IMG/VR virus record: IMGVR_UViG_3300033388_006651
Span: 32,001 to 96,000 of that record
Strand: one strand, 5' to 3'
Source of the DNA: a virus
DNA length: 64,000 bases
Position 1 is the first letter of the stretch, and every line of letters starts with the position of its first letter. This document shows positions 29,755 to 39,148 of the stretch, piece after piece. A program made the position numbers and the translations under genes. Under the pieces are notes generated by a model, which was not told where the DNA came from, did not search any database, and saw only the letters and a program-made list of their open reading frames with translations.

Positions 29755-30435
29755 ATGGCTGAAAAGCCCCAACTGGCGCTCCCAGGGATAGTGCCGCCCA
29801 TCGAGCTCCTGTACGAGGACGATGAGGTCATCGAGTTCGTCGAGCACGTTTACGGGGGCGTGGACATGTTCAACATGCCCGCAACGCACTACGGTAAAAC
29901 CGGTCGAAATTGCATCCACTGCAAGGTCATCTTCCTTAAAGCTGGGAAGCCCGAGGCGAAAGTAGGGACCCTCGAGAGCCTCTGGATTTACGAAGATAAT
30001 GCTGGAAAACCCATCCGCTCCAATATCGCGCTATCCTGTCCGGGACCGGGGTGTACGTTGACCGGGGAAGCACTAGAGCGAGCACGCCACAACAAGCAGG
30101 AAATCCGGCACACGAACGAGCAAGTTCACCGGGTCGAGAAGCAGCAGTACGCTCTGGCCGCGGCGATGGAAGGTCGCATCACTCAGCTCGAGCAGGAGAA
30201 CAAGGCACTCAAGGAGCAGGTCGGTCAGGTCACTCAGCTCGACATGAAGGAGTTGGCCGCACACCTTTTCGCGTTGGCCGAGCAAGCCAAGGAGCAAAAG
30301 GCGCTCGAGTCCGTGGAGAGCAAGGGCCGCGTGGTCCAGATCCCGAAGGAGCTTGCCGAGATCATCGACGTGGTGGGGATCCCGGTCGAGGCCGAAATCA
30401 TCGAAAAGGAAGAGGACGATGCTGAACCTGAATGA
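29755..30435 (+). CDS. Hypothetical coiled-coil protein
   Basis: ORF; heptad-rich region. Confidence 0.6.
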   Translation: MAEKPQLALPGIVPPIELLYEDDEVIEFVEHVYGGVDMFNMPATHYGKTGRNCIHCKVIFLKAGKPEAKVGTLESLWIYEDNAGKPIRSNIALSCPGPGCTLTGEALERARHNKQEIRHTNEQVHRVEKQQYALAAAMEGRITQLEQENKALKEQVGQVTQLDMKELAAHLFALAEQAKEQKALESVESKGRVVQIPKELAEIIDVVGIPVEAEIIEKEEDDAEPE

Positions 30436-30964
30436 CACCCCGGATACCGTCCTCGACCTGTGCGAAGGCGAGGCGTCTTTCTTGACGGCCCCGGTGAACA
30501 ACCGGTTCGACGCGTACCGGGAGTACGAAGTGCTGTGGAAGTATCCGCACCGCTTTGGGGGCTACCGTCGGGGGCTGTGGGAGAAGCTCAGGGACTACAT
30601 CGACACGGGGGTGCGGTGGGGCAACGTCCACGATCTGTTCCAAGCCATGACTTTCCTTGGAGGCGACTGGGTTCCCTTTGACATGCCTGCTGCCAAAAAG
30701 ACGTGGGGATGGTCTCGTCCGGACGGCACCGATCGTCAGAGCGTGCTGATCGACATGGTCAAAGAGGGATGGCACGGCACCCGCCAGGACTTTCGCCGGA
30801 ACTGGCACGAGGAAGGTCCCTTGCGCCCTCTGATCGAAACACCAGAGGGACGCAAGGAGATCGCACGCATGTTGACGACAGGCGATCACTGTCTTGAGTT
30901 CAAGGATGGCGAGTTCGTTCCCGCCATCCTCCGACACCTGGGTTACCAGAGCTCGCTGAGGTGA
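30419..30964 (+). CDS. Hypothetical protein
   Basis: GAGGA SD. Confidence 0.55.
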   Translation: MLNLNDTPDTVLDLCEGEASFLTAPVNNRFDAYREYEVLWKYPHRFGGYRRGLWEKLRDYIDTGVRWGNVHDLFQAMTFLGGDWVPFDMPAAKKTWGWSRPDGTDRQSVLIDMVKEGWHGTRQDFRRNWHEEGPLRPLIETPEGRKEIARMLTTGDHCLEFKDGEFVPAILRHLGYQSSLR

Positions 30965-31621
30965 CCCCTCATGTAGAGCTTGGCTCGCATTGTCTTGTCC
31001 GTGTTGTGGTCGTGGACGGTGTCGCGTTGGATGGCGATTGTCCGGACCTTGTCCCCTCGAGCTCCACCACCGATCTGCTTGCGCCGCTTGGAGTTCCGCT
31101 CTTTGACGCGCTTGGTGGTGCCGGCAACCAGCAGTCGAGCCCGTAGGACCTCTCGTGCTGTCTGTCGGTTGATGGGCTGGCTCCGGCCGCCGTCGACCCG
31201 AACTTTGATGCCCGAGGGCCTGTGGACCAGGATGACGCAGGTATCGGTTTTGTTCCGATGCTGGCCGCCGGGCCCACTGCCGCGAGTGAAGGACTCATCC
31301 AGATCGCGCTCGTCGAGCTCGACCTCGTGGGCCTTCGGTTCTTGCAGGACCGCGACCGTCACCGTGCTGGTGTGGACGCGACCTCGCTTTTCGTTGGGTG
31401 GTACGCGTTGGAAACGGTGACCGCCTGCTTCGTGGCAGAACGCAATGTCAGCGTTCTTGCCGGAGATGCGCATCAGCAAAAAGCCGGCGCGCTCCTCTAG
31501 CAGTTCGTGGTCAAAGGTGCTCCAAAGAACAGTACCGGGTGTAGATGCGATACTGTTCCTGGACCAGATTTTTGGCGTCTTCGCCGCCTTCTGCGGCACG
31601 AATTTCTACGAGAATGCTCAT
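30943..31621 (-). CDS. Class-I peptide chain release factor homolog (about 225 aa, no domain 1) made by a +1 programmed frameshift
   Basis: MSILVEIRAAEGGEDAK..EHL-TGA; GGAG-CAC-CTT-TGA-C at 31523-31510; +1 frame has HRFQRVPPNEKRGRVHTS and GSGPGGQHRNKT. Confidence 0.88.
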
Positions 31622-32330
31622 GACTACTGTCTCTTTCAGCCCCGAACAGCATCGCTTTGGCAAGCTCTGCAAACGAGGACACGGTTACGAGGATACTGGA
31701 AAAAGTCTTCGGTTCAAATCGAACGGAAGTTGTGTGATGTGTGTCCGGGAATCGAGCGCTCAGTACCACCAGGAGCACAAGGACGAGATCCACGCTCGGG
31801 CAAAAGGGTGGCGTGCTGAGAACAAAGAATTTCTTCGTGAGAAGATGAAAGGGTACGAGAAACAGTACGGGAAGACCAAACGGGGACAGGAGGTCCGCCT
31901 TCGAGCTCGAAGATCACGGAAAGCCGAGGGACGGGATAAGATCACCCGCGATAAATACCGTCGAACCAAAAAAGGCCGTGAGTCTCAGCGCCGGTGTAAT
32001 GCCCGTTGGAGAATGCGAAAAGCCGAACAGGCCGGTGAGGTAACCCAAAATTACAAGGATGCAATGCTGGAAGCTCTCGACCATTGTTGCCCGGTTTGCG
32101 GAATCCGTTTTCACATGGGCCCCGAGCGCGTTCCAGAACAGTTGACCTGGGATCACGTTGTACCTCTCAGTGAGGATGGCTGCGATGATGACGCTAACCT
32201 GCTTCCCCTCTGCCGACGATGCAATTGTACGAAAGGCGAACGTGGGTTTGAAATATGGCTCCAGCGTCCTATCCGCTGCATCGCAGATTTGCGGGAACCC
32301 TGGCTAAGGGAAGAGATGTTTGGTGGATGA
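31620..32330 (+). CDS. HNH homing endonuclease
   Basis: CKRGH N-terminus; CPVC..WDHVVP..NLLPLCRRCNCTK. Confidence 0.8.
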   Translation: MTTVSFSPEQHRFGKLCKRGHGYEDTGKSLRFKSNGSCVMCVRESSAQYHQEHKDEIHARAKGWRAENKEFLREKMKGYEKQYGKTKRGQEVRLRARRSRKAEGRDKITRDKYRRTKKGRESQRRCNARWRMRKAEQAGEVTQNYKDAMLEALDHCCPVCGIRFHMGPERVPEQLTWDHVVPLSEDGCDDDANLLPLCRRCNCTKGERGFEIWLQRPIRCIADLREPWLREEMFGG

Positions 32331-32348
32331 CATGATGAAGTACTTTAG

Positions 32349-32422
32349 TGAGCCCAGAAGGATTTGAACCTTCGACCGTCGGATTAAAAGTCCGTTGCTC
32401 TACCAGACTGAGCTATGGGCCC
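32349..32422 (-). tRNA. tRNA-Lys(UUU)
   Basis: Cloverleaf; anticodon loop CTTTTAA; GGTTCAAATCC. Confidence 0.9.
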
Positions 32423-32450
32423 AAAGAAAAGGTGAAATGAAAAAATCGGC

Positions 32451-32840
32451 TTGGGGTATGCTGAGAATATGAGGTCGTTCTTCCGAAAATTGCTGACGAG
32501 GATTGGGTTTTTGTCCGAGCCTCTGCCCCGGCCCAAAATCTCCTTTAACCTCAGTAGACAAGAGCGGTTGGATTTCCTTTCAGAGCATGGAGGGCGAACC
32601 GAGAAGAGTCTTACCGCGCTTATGAATACCCACGGCCCGCATGAAGCCTTAGCCTGCTTGACGGGATCGGAGTTGTTCGGGGTCCAGCAAAGTCGGGTGG
32701 GGGTGCCGTCGAAACTCTTTACCCTCGTCTGCTTGGGAATCACAAACCAGAATGGGGAAATGACTAGCTTTGGGCTAACTTTCGCCTATGCCTTGCAGGA
32801 GCACCCCATCCAAGCCGTGCTTGAAGGCTCTATCATCTGA
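32451..32840 (+). CDS. Hypothetical protein, opposite strand to the Lys cluster
   Basis: ORF only. Confidence 0.4.
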   Translation: MGYAENMRSFFRKLLTRIGFLSEPLPRPKISFNLSRQERLDFLSEHGGRTEKSLTALMNTHGPHEALACLTGSELFGVQQSRVGVPSKLFTLVCLGITNQNGEMTSFGLTFAYALQEHPIQAVLEGSII

Positions 32841-32851
32841 GCTATGAGCCG
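32827..32851 (-). pseudogene. Orphan 5' half of a tRNA (acceptor strand and D arm)
   Basis: CGGCTCA-TA-GCTC-AGATGATA-GAGC with no anticodon or T arm. Confidence 0.5.
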
Positions 32852-33279
32852 AATTCAAGTTTCTTGTACCAGCCAAGCGTTCTGGCCGTTTTTTTCCGGT
32901 GACAGTTTGCGCACCGGATCTCACATTTGAGGATTTCTGCTGCTACGCGTTTCCAGGATGCGTCTCGGATCATTTTGGACACGTTGCCTTTTTTCTTGCC
33001 CCGGACATGATCAAAGTCCAAAACAATTGGATCATCTTCACCGCAGTCCACACAGGGATGTGCTTCCAGATACTCCAAAGAACGCCTGTAGTTTTCCCGT
33101 TTCAGATTCAGAGCGGATTGCCGTACCGCAGCGCGTGTTTTGGGGCTCTTTCGGTAATGCTTTTTAGATGCCTCACTTGCACAGGCTTTGCATAGAGACT
33201 GAAGGCCGTCTCGTTTTTGTGCGTTTTTGTAGAACTCTGCACGTTTCTTTTCACTTTTGCATTTAGGGCAGGTCTTCAT
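32842..33279 (-). CDS. HNH endonuclease
   Basis: CPKC; CVDCG..LDFDH..CANCHR. Confidence 0.85.
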   Translation of the reverse strand: MKTCPKCKSEKKRAEFYKNAQKRDGLQSLCKACASEASKKHYRKSPKTRAAVRQSALNLKRENYRRSLEYLEAHPCVDCGEDDPIVLDFDHVRGKKKGNVSKMIRDASWKRVAAEILKCEIRCANCHRKKTARTLGWYKKLEFGS

Positions 33280-33295
33280 TTCTCCATCTTAGCGG

Positions 33296-33368
33296 TGAGC
33301 CACCCGGGAGTCGAACCCGGCTTGACGGGGTAAAAACCCGTTGCAATAAACCGCTCTGCCAATGGCCC
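33296..33368 (-). tRNA. tRNA with UUU (Lys) anticodon and atypical body
   Basis: ACGGG-TTTTTAC-CCCGT; GGTTCGACTCC; D arm GGCAGAGCGGTTTATTGC. Confidence 0.7.
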
Positions 33369-33370
33369 TT

Positions 33371-33439
33371 TGGGGGCCAGCAGATCACAGCCGTTGCGGG
33401 GTAAAAACCCGACGTAACAAACCACTGTACTACCGGCCC
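33371..33439 (-). tRNA. Degenerate tRNA-Lys(UUU)-like RNA with a reduced T arm
   Basis: GGGCCGG/CTGGCCC acceptor followed by CCA; same CGGG-TTTTTAC-CCCG arm; no TTC loop. Confidence 0.5.
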
Positions 33440-33494
33440 AAGGTTGGAGCGGGAGTACGTTTGAGTGTGTCGTGATGGAGATACATGGTGTCCT

Positions 33495-33647
33495 TTAGCG
33501 GCGAACAGGCCGTGTGGAAAAGTGATGCCCGCAACTGGAGCAGAGGTAAGGTAACGGTGGCCTCCGACGCCTCCAACGTGGCTGGGTGCAGAGTGTCGTG
33601 TCAGTGCTTTCGCACTTCGGACATGGGGGTATGGGCTTGGAATCCAT
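33495..33647 (-). CDS. Small Zn-ribbon protein
   Basis: MDSKPIPPCPKC..CSSC. Confidence 0.4.
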   Translation of the reverse strand: MDSKPIPPCPKCESTDTTLCTQPRWRRRRPPLPYLCSSCGHHFSTRPVRR

Positions 33648-33657
33648 CGTTTTGTAG

Positions 33658-33730
33658 TGAGCCAGGGTGGAATTGAACCACCGCATCCGGGTTAAGAATC
33701 CGACGCTCTAACCAACTGAGCTACTGGCCC
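33658..33730 (-). tRNA. tRNA-Lys(CUU)
   Basis: Loop TTCTTAA; GGTTCAATTCC. Confidence 0.85.
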
Positions 33731-33819
33731 TAAATGGCAGCAGGTTCACGGCACGACGCAACGCCGACGTGTCTGCTACCCGTGATCGGCATCGGTCTTT
33801 CGTACCGTGCCGATCACGT

Positions 33820-33896
33820 TGGTGAGCGGGGAGGGATTTGAACCCTCGACCCAGTGATTAAGAGTCACTTGCACAACCAGACTGTGCTTCCCGCCC
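33820..33896 (-). tRNA. tRNA-Lys(CUU)
   Basis: AGTGA-CTCTTAA-TCACT; CCA end. Confidence 0.88.
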
Positions 33897-33949
33897 GGAG
33901 ATGATTCGCTACTACGCCCGTAAAGGACGGAGCGATCCATCCCCACGGG

Positions 33950-33982
33950 CTACAGCTTGGATTTCAGTTTCATGCAGAACAT
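33950..33982 (-). CDS. Lys-rich leader peptide MFCMKLKSKL
   Basis: Lies between the promoter and the first tRNA-Lys; AAA, AAA, AAG. Confidence 0.55.
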   Translation of the reverse strand: MFCMKLKSKL

Positions 33983-33992
33983 GATGTGTTCC

Positions 33993-34021
33993 GTTCTAGG
34001 GGAGCAAGACGGCGAAGTCAA
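33993..34021 (-). promoter_or_regulatory. Sigma70-like promoter for the Lys tRNA cluster
   Basis: TTGACT-17-TAGAAC. Confidence 0.6.
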
Positions 34022-34126
34022 GCACCTCATTCAATTTTTCCTGGGGATCACCGAACGCCTCCCCAGGTGCCCGAACATCATTGAGAAAAGCAACGGTTCC
34101 CAACACGGCTGCGTAAAAAGAAGGCC

Positions 34127-34927
34127 ATGGAAACTCTTGCAGCGATCCCCATCATCCCCGACAACGCAGCCGGGTACTCCACCATCGCCAACGCCAAGAA
34201 CGCTCTGGACAAGGCTCAGATGCCAGATGGCTCTGTCAGTCTGTTCCTCCTCGTGCACCATTTTCTGGAGGGGATGCCCGAGGCTATCGCAGGTACTCGC
34301 GCTCTTCCGGGCACGCGTGGCCCAAACTCCACAGAGTCACCCCTCTTCGACAAGATTTTCCATGTCCCTCTCCCCTGGAAAGGTGGGGATGTAGACCTCC
34401 CCGAAGAAAGAAACCCCGTTGCTTTACTCAAGGCGCTGGATCGGTCCGGCAACCTGACGGCCCCGTACAAGACGGACATCGTGGTCTACGATCATGCGGA
34501 TCGCGGCACCCTCAAGATCACCCAGTGGCACGCTGATGACCCTCGTGGTGAACACCCCCACAATCATCCTTGGGCGGACGAGGAGCACACGAGTTTCGTC
34601 AGCTACATTGTTCGTGGCGGCTACACCGAGACGATCACCGACAACAACGGGGAGACCACGAGTCGTGATTACCGAGCTGGGGACCTCAACATCGCCAAGT
34701 ACACGGACTTTCACGCGGTCAACAACATTCTGCCCGGCACCTTGACCATCCTCATGTGTGCCCCCCGAGCAGTGGTCAAAGAAAAGGGAACGGAGTGGGG
34801 CTACCTGCTGTTTGAGGAGGGTCGTTCCGAACGGGTGGGCATGAACGATCCCCGGGTGAAAGATGAGACGTTCTTGCAGCGCGCGGCCGTGCAAAACGCG
34901 TCGCTGCGTTTCATCTACAAGAAGTAG
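34127..34927 (+). CDS. Cupin-like protein
   Basis: HPHNHPW..GGYTE..FH.V. Confidence 0.6.
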   Translation: METLAAIPIIPDNAAGYSTIANAKNALDKAQMPDGSVSLFLLVHHFLEGMPEAIAGTRALPGTRGPNSTESPLFDKIFHVPLPWKGGDVDLPEERNPVALLKALDRSGNLTAPYKTDIVVYDHADRGTLKITQWHADDPRGEHPHNHPWADEEHTSFVSYIVRGGYTETITDNNGETTSRDYRAGDLNIAKYTDFHAVNNILPGTLTILMCAPRAVVKEKGTEWGYLLFEEGRSERVGMNDPRVKDETFLQRAAVQNASLRFIYKK

Positions 34928-34936
34928 CGCAACCGG

Positions 34937-35308
34937 TCACGCGTACTCAAGACCCCGAGCGTAAAGCCGCGCTCGACCGCCGACGATCTTGCCGACAAGT
35001 TCGTCGGCCCCGACCACGGGACGTTCTCCGCTGACCGTGACGAAGTGATCGAAACGGTATGGGTCATAGGTGATACGACGCCAGCCCCGAGTGGAGGGGG
35101 CCGTCTTCGGAGCCCGGTCTTCACCCCGAACCCCGGCGTGGACATTTTTGCGTTTCTCTCGGATGACACGCTGACGCCCCGACTCGCTCACGGAGAACTT
35201 CACGTTCTCCAGGTGAACGAAGTCGGCATGGCGTTGGACACGGGTGCCTCGACGCACCGAGTAGCGGTCCTTGTGGAGGTTCCAGTAGACGTAAACGCGT
35301 CCAGGCAC
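34937..35308 (-). CDS. Hypothetical phage protein (paralog of 50200-50574)
   Basis: YWNLH..NVHAGVRG. Confidence 0.65.
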   Translation of the reverse strand: MPGRVYVYWNLHKDRYSVRRGTRVQRHADFVHLENVKFSVSESGRQRVIREKRKNVHAGVRGEDRAPKTAPSTRGWRRITYDPYRFDHFVTVSGERPVVGADELVGKIVGGRARLYARGLEYA

Positions 35309-35311
35309 CTC

Positions 35312-35665
35312 CTACTCTACCGGCTGAATCAGGGACGCGTAGGAGAGCAGTTCGCAGTAGATCTGTTCGCAGAACAGGAACAGCTCCAGGTGGTCTTCAC
35401 CCCTCTCCGGGCGCCAGTCTCGGGCGAACGTGAGGTAGTACGCTTGGCGAGCGCGCTCGAACACTTGTAGGTAGTCGAGGAAGGTTCTGTAGGAGGTGAC
35501 TTGCCCCTGGCGCTCCAAGGTCGCCTCCCGCAGCTCCTTGGCGGCTCTGTATTTGCGATTCGCCCGAGCGGGGTCCCCTCTGAACTCGGTGGCTACGTGC
35601 ACGGGGGTGAACTCACCCACCGTGATCACGCTGTCCCAGTCGCTGTCTTCGTTTTCGTCGCTCAT
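35312..35665 (-). CDS. Hypothetical protein
   Basis: ORF. Confidence 0.5.
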   Translation of the reverse strand: MSDENEDSDWDSVITVGEFTPVHVATEFRGDPARANRKYRAAKELREATLERQGQVTSYRTFLDYLQVFERARQAYYLTFARDWRPERGEDHLELFLFCEQIYCELLSYASLIQPVE

Positions 35666-35715
35666 ACCCCCTAGACGGATGGGCCTCAGAAAACTCCCCT
35701 CTTTCCTCAGATTTT

Positions 35716-35991
35716 TTAGAGGAGCCCCAGTTCCCGAAGCTGCTCACGAAAAGACCACTCGGAAAGTACCTCCTGACGTGACCGCGGCTCTGACCATTTC
35801 CAGGATTTGACCGCACGCCCGTTAAAACGACGAGGGTTCCCACAACCTGAACAGCTACACCACGCCAAGTTGTCGGCGTACTGAGCAGCGACCCGAGTCA
35901 ACTCAGGCTCCTCCACTCCCCAGCGTTCATTCATCCGGTACGCACGGGCCACCATGCGTTGACGGTGATGACGACGAAGCGCCCTAGACAT
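35716..35991 (-). CDS. Small Cys-motif protein (tandem paralog)
   Basis: MSRALRRHH..CSCSGCGNPRR. Confidence 0.6.
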   Translation of the reverse strand: MSRALRRHHRQRMVARAYRMNERWGVEEPELTRVAAQYADNLAWCSCSGCGNPRRFNGRAVKSWKWSEPRSRQEVLSEWSFREQLRELGLL

Positions 35992-36292
35992 CGACCCATC
36001 CCCGAAGCTCATCAAGCTCCTCTTGAAGCTCAGCTTCCGCCTGTTGCTCAGGAATGGTGAGCGGTGAGTACCAACCCCCACGACGGGGGTTCCCGCAACC
36101 GTGGTAGAGTTTTGAGCAGACCTTGAGGTGGTCGTGGTACTTGACGGCCCGAGAGTCGGCCAGGGTGTGATCCGGGCAGGTGAGAGGGTCGTTCCAGTCT
36201 TGGTCGTAGGAGCTATGCCAACGACGGGTGACGGTACGGGCTTTTGCGATCATGCGATCGCGATGATGACGGCGGAGTGCTCGTTGGGACAT
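35984..36292 (-). CDS. Small Cys-motif protein (tandem paralog)
   Basis: MSQRALRRHH..CSK..GCGNPRR. Confidence 0.6.
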   Translation of the reverse strand: MSQRALRRHHRDRMIAKARTVTRRWHSSYDQDWNDPLTCPDHTLADSRAVKYHDHLKVCSKLYHGCGNPRRGGWYSPLTIPEQQAEAELQEELDELRGWVDV

Positions 36293-36347
36293 GCAGGGCT
36301 TTCGGCCCCAGCCCGGTCCTGAGAAGCACTATGCAGCTCAAGCCGGG

Positions 36348-36563
36348 CTAAGGCGTGATCTGCTTGTCCGGCGGATCGTCCATCTCCAACGCGAGACCCA
36401 CGAGCGTCTTTTTTCCATCGCGCTCAGCCATGCTGTTCATAAACTGGTCCCAAGGGACCGCACGCTTCGGAGGCGCTCCGACGAAGATGTACATCTCATG
36501 GCGTTCGGTGCCCGAGAGCATTTCGTCGAGCTCGGCGATGCCGGTTTTGAGTTCCTCAGCCAT
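36348..36563 (-). CDS. Short protein resembling a RecA/DnaB-fold N-terminal fragment
   Basis: LKTGIAELDEMLSG..LALEM. Confidence 0.4.
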   Translation of the reverse strand: MAEELKTGIAELDEMLSGTERHEMYIFVGAPPKRAVPWDQFMNSMAERDGKKTLVGLALEMDDPPDKQITP

Positions 36564-36596
36564 TCGTGAAAAGACTGCCCGACTATTACACTCGTG

Positions 36597-37604
36597 TCAA
36601 GAAGGGCAGAACGTGACGGTGTAGTTCACCAGGCCATTGGTTTTGCGGCAGTTGAAGGTCGCGGCTTTGTCATCGAACATCCAGGCGTACACCTGGGGAC
36701 AGCTCGCTTTGACGTTGGCGATGTAGCTCTGGCTCGTCGCATCCCAGGCCCGAGCTTTGTTGCTGTCCCAGGGGTTGCAGGTCTGGCCCTCCGGGTTGGG
36801 AGGGGTGCTGTAGGGAGAGCACCCGTAGGCGCACTTGGCGTCCCCACAAACGATCGGTTTCGACATCGAGCACGAGCAGCACAGCTTCGTCTGAGTGCTC
36901 GCAGGGTCCCCGCTGTTGACCGCGTTCTGGCACGGGCTCCAGCAGCTATCCCCTCCGGCGCTCAGACCACTGGGGCACGTCGGGGTCGAGGTGCAGCCCG
37001 ACACCGTGCACCACGGAGCCTGGAGACCAGGATCGGGTACGGGGTTGAAGGTCCCAGCAACGGCCACGATGGCGACAGGCTCGCTCCACCCGTCCACGAA
37101 GCTCACGTCGTAGGTGTCGTACGGACCCAGTCCTCCCATGGCATCGAAGGTGAACTCGGCGATCCCCACGGGAGCTTTCCCCGAGTAGGCGCACTCGAGC
37201 CCGAAGGTCTTGTTGTCCGAGGTGAGGCACGATCCGCTGGTGCAGCACGGCGTGAAGCCGTCGCACAGGTTCTGGTTGTTGAAGGTGCAACCGGTACGGG
37301 GCCAGATGCGACCGCTCCATCCCACGTCCACTTGGAGGGTCGTGGTGTCGGTGCCAGATCCGGCCGCTCCCATCTCCCAGCCACCGTTGTTGAGCCCGCT
37401 GAACCCGCTGTTGCCGACCGAGCCGACCCACACAGAGCTGGTGCACTTGTTGACGAAGTTCACCGTGTGCGTGGTCGGCGGGGTCCCCATGTCCAGTTTG
37501 GCCACTTCCGTGGGGGGATCAACGGCTGCTTCGCCGTCGGATCCTTTACAGGCAACCAGGGCCAGAGAGAACGCACCGAGGGACCAGAGTTTGCGAGCCA
37601 TCAC
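36597..37604 (-). CDS. Thaumatin-like (PR-5) lipoprotein
   Basis: Lipobox LVAC; FVNKC..VWVG, WSGRIWPRTGC, AEFT, YDVSFVDG, CPQVYAWMFDD, YTVTFCP. Confidence 0.85.
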   Translation of the reverse strand: MMARKLWSLGAFSLALVACKGSDGEAAVDPPTEVAKLDMGTPPTTHTVNFVNKCTSSVWVGSVGNSGFSGLNNGGWEMGAAGSGTDTTTLQVDVGWSGRIWPRTGCTFNNQNLCDGFTPCCTSGSCLTSDNKTFGLECAYSGKAPVGIAEFTFDAMGGLGPYDTYDVSFVDGWSEPVAIVAVAGTFNPVPDPGLQAPWCTVSGCTSTPTCPSGLSAGGDSCWSPCQNAVNSGDPASTQTKLCCSCSMSKPIVCGDAKCAYGCSPYSTPPNPEGQTCNPWDSNKARAWDATSQSYIANVKASCPQVYAWMFDDKAATFNCRKTNGLVNYTVTFCPS

Positions 37605-37638
37605 TCAAGGAGGTCCTCATAGGGGTAAAAATGATGAC

Positions 37639-38844
37639 ATGCTCGTCCTGTTCCCGTCTGACCCTTTTGAGACCTACAAGCCCGAGCCGGACTACGTCCA
37701 GGAGATCGAGATCGCAAAAGAGTGCGGCCACGAGGTTGCCTTCATCCATTGGGAAGCCCTGGTGAACGATGACGACGCTGCCGCGGCCATCAGGAAGGTT
37801 CCTGTTTTCGAGGATTCCACCCCTGCCATCTACCGGGGTTGGATGCTGACCTCCGAGCAGTACGAGAAGCTCTACGCAGAGCTCCAGATCCATGACGTTG
37901 ATCTGTTGACCACTCCCGACGCCTACCGTAAGGCCCATGAGTTCCCTGGGTGGTACTTGGAGATCCCGAAAGCGACTCCGGCGTCGGCGATCATCCAGAA
38001 GCATGAGATCAGCATGGAGAGGCTGCTCAGCAGGGCCAAGGAGATGCTCGAACAGTACGAGCACGGCATCATCATCAAGGACTACGTGAAAAGTCGGAAG
38101 CACGAGTGGGAGGAGGCGTGCTTCATCCCCGATATGTCCAAAGCTGAGGTGGTGATCGCCAACTTCCTCGAGCGCCAGGGTGACGCTCTCCAAGGCGGCG
38201 TTGTGCTCCGGGAGTTCGTGCCGCTCAAGTCGATCGGTAAGCACCCTGACTCGGGGATGCCAATGGGCGAGGAGTTCCGCATCTTCTGGATGAACGGTCG
38301 AGTGGCCGCCGCTGCGGAGTACTGGCCTTCCGAGTTCTACATCGGTGAGGAGCGTGAAGATGAGAACGCAGGTGACGGGAGCACGTACCGTGTGCCTCAT
38401 GCCCTGAGCACTCTCCCCGATCCACAGTCGCTTCTCGAACTCCTCGAAAACATCGACAACCCGTTCGTCTCGATGGACCTTGCGCGTGCCGAGGATGGTG
38501 AGTGGTTCGTCATGGAGATCGGCGACGGTCAGGTCTCTGGGCTCCCGCGCCCCAAGCTCGATGCCCGGCTCATTTACAGCCGGCTCGATCGGTTGCTCGG
38601 GCCTCCTGGGCTTGCCTCGGACGCGACACCGATGACCCAGGCACAGTTCGCCGGTATGACGTGCCACGCCGAAGGCTGCGACCACACCGGCCACGACACC
38701 GAGATGTACCTGCACCCCAAGTGCCACGTCGGTTCTCCGACCTGGGCGATTTACGAGGACGGCGTCATCAACGTGAAGTGTGCCGAGTGCAAGACGCTCG
38801 TGGTCAGAATCGCGGTTGACCCCGGTACGGTCGTCGAAGATTAG
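37639..38844 (+). CDS. ATP-grasp domain protein (R2K-like) with C-terminal Cys/His domain
   Basis: YRGWML, IIKDYVKSRKHEW, EFRIF, SMDLA, MEIGDGQVSGLP. Confidence 0.75.
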   Translation: MLVLFPSDPFETYKPEPDYVQEIEIAKECGHEVAFIHWEALVNDDDAAAAIRKVPVFEDSTPAIYRGWMLTSEQYEKLYAELQIHDVDLLTTPDAYRKAHEFPGWYLEIPKATPASAIIQKHEISMERLLSRAKEMLEQYEHGIIIKDYVKSRKHEWEEACFIPDMSKAEVVIANFLERQGDALQGGVVLREFVPLKSIGKHPDSGMPMGEEFRIFWMNGRVAAAAEYWPSEFYIGEEREDENAGDGSTYRVPHALSTLPDPQSLLELLENIDNPFVSMDLARAEDGEWFVMEIGDGQVSGLPRPKLDARLIYSRLDRLLGPPGLASDATPMTQAQFAGMTCHAEGCDHTGHDTEMYLHPKCHVGSPTWAIYEDGVINVKCAECKTLVVRIAVDPGTVVED

Positions 38845-39050
38845 AGGGCGTGGTCTCGAATGGCCTTGGTCAGCCGGCGCACTTTATTGGTGAAAATAGA
38901 GTAGAACCGGGGGTCCACTTCGTGCAGGAGATGGAGGAGAGATTCGATCTCGGCCTCGGCATCTTCCTGGTCCACGATGTTCTTGGCGACGGCACGGGTG
39001 CAGTCGGGCTGAGAGGTGAGCCAGTGGTTGATGCGTTCTTCGTAAGTCAC
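38841..39050 (-). CDS. Small hypothetical protein
   Basis: ORF. Confidence 0.4.
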   Translation of the reverse strand: MTYEERINHWLTSQPDCTRAVAKNIVDQEDAEAEIESLLHLLHEVDPRFYSIFTNKVRRLTKAIRDHAL

Positions 39051-39119
39051 GATCTAGGTGTATCGCAGGGTCTTGATCCGCCTCGGATCAAGCGCCGTCG
39101 AGAAAGTTGAAGAATTCGT

Positions 39120-39148
39120 TTGACTCGGCGTCTTAGTCCGCGTACACA
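39120..39148 (+). promoter_or_regulatory. Sigma70-like promoter for the main tRNA operon
   Basis: TTGACT-17-TACACA. Confidence 0.55.

Noticed and set aside
33733-33780. CCA-ending minihelix on the minus strand
   Set aside because: It is a single short hairpin with no tRNA consensus and could be chance or a spacer structure.
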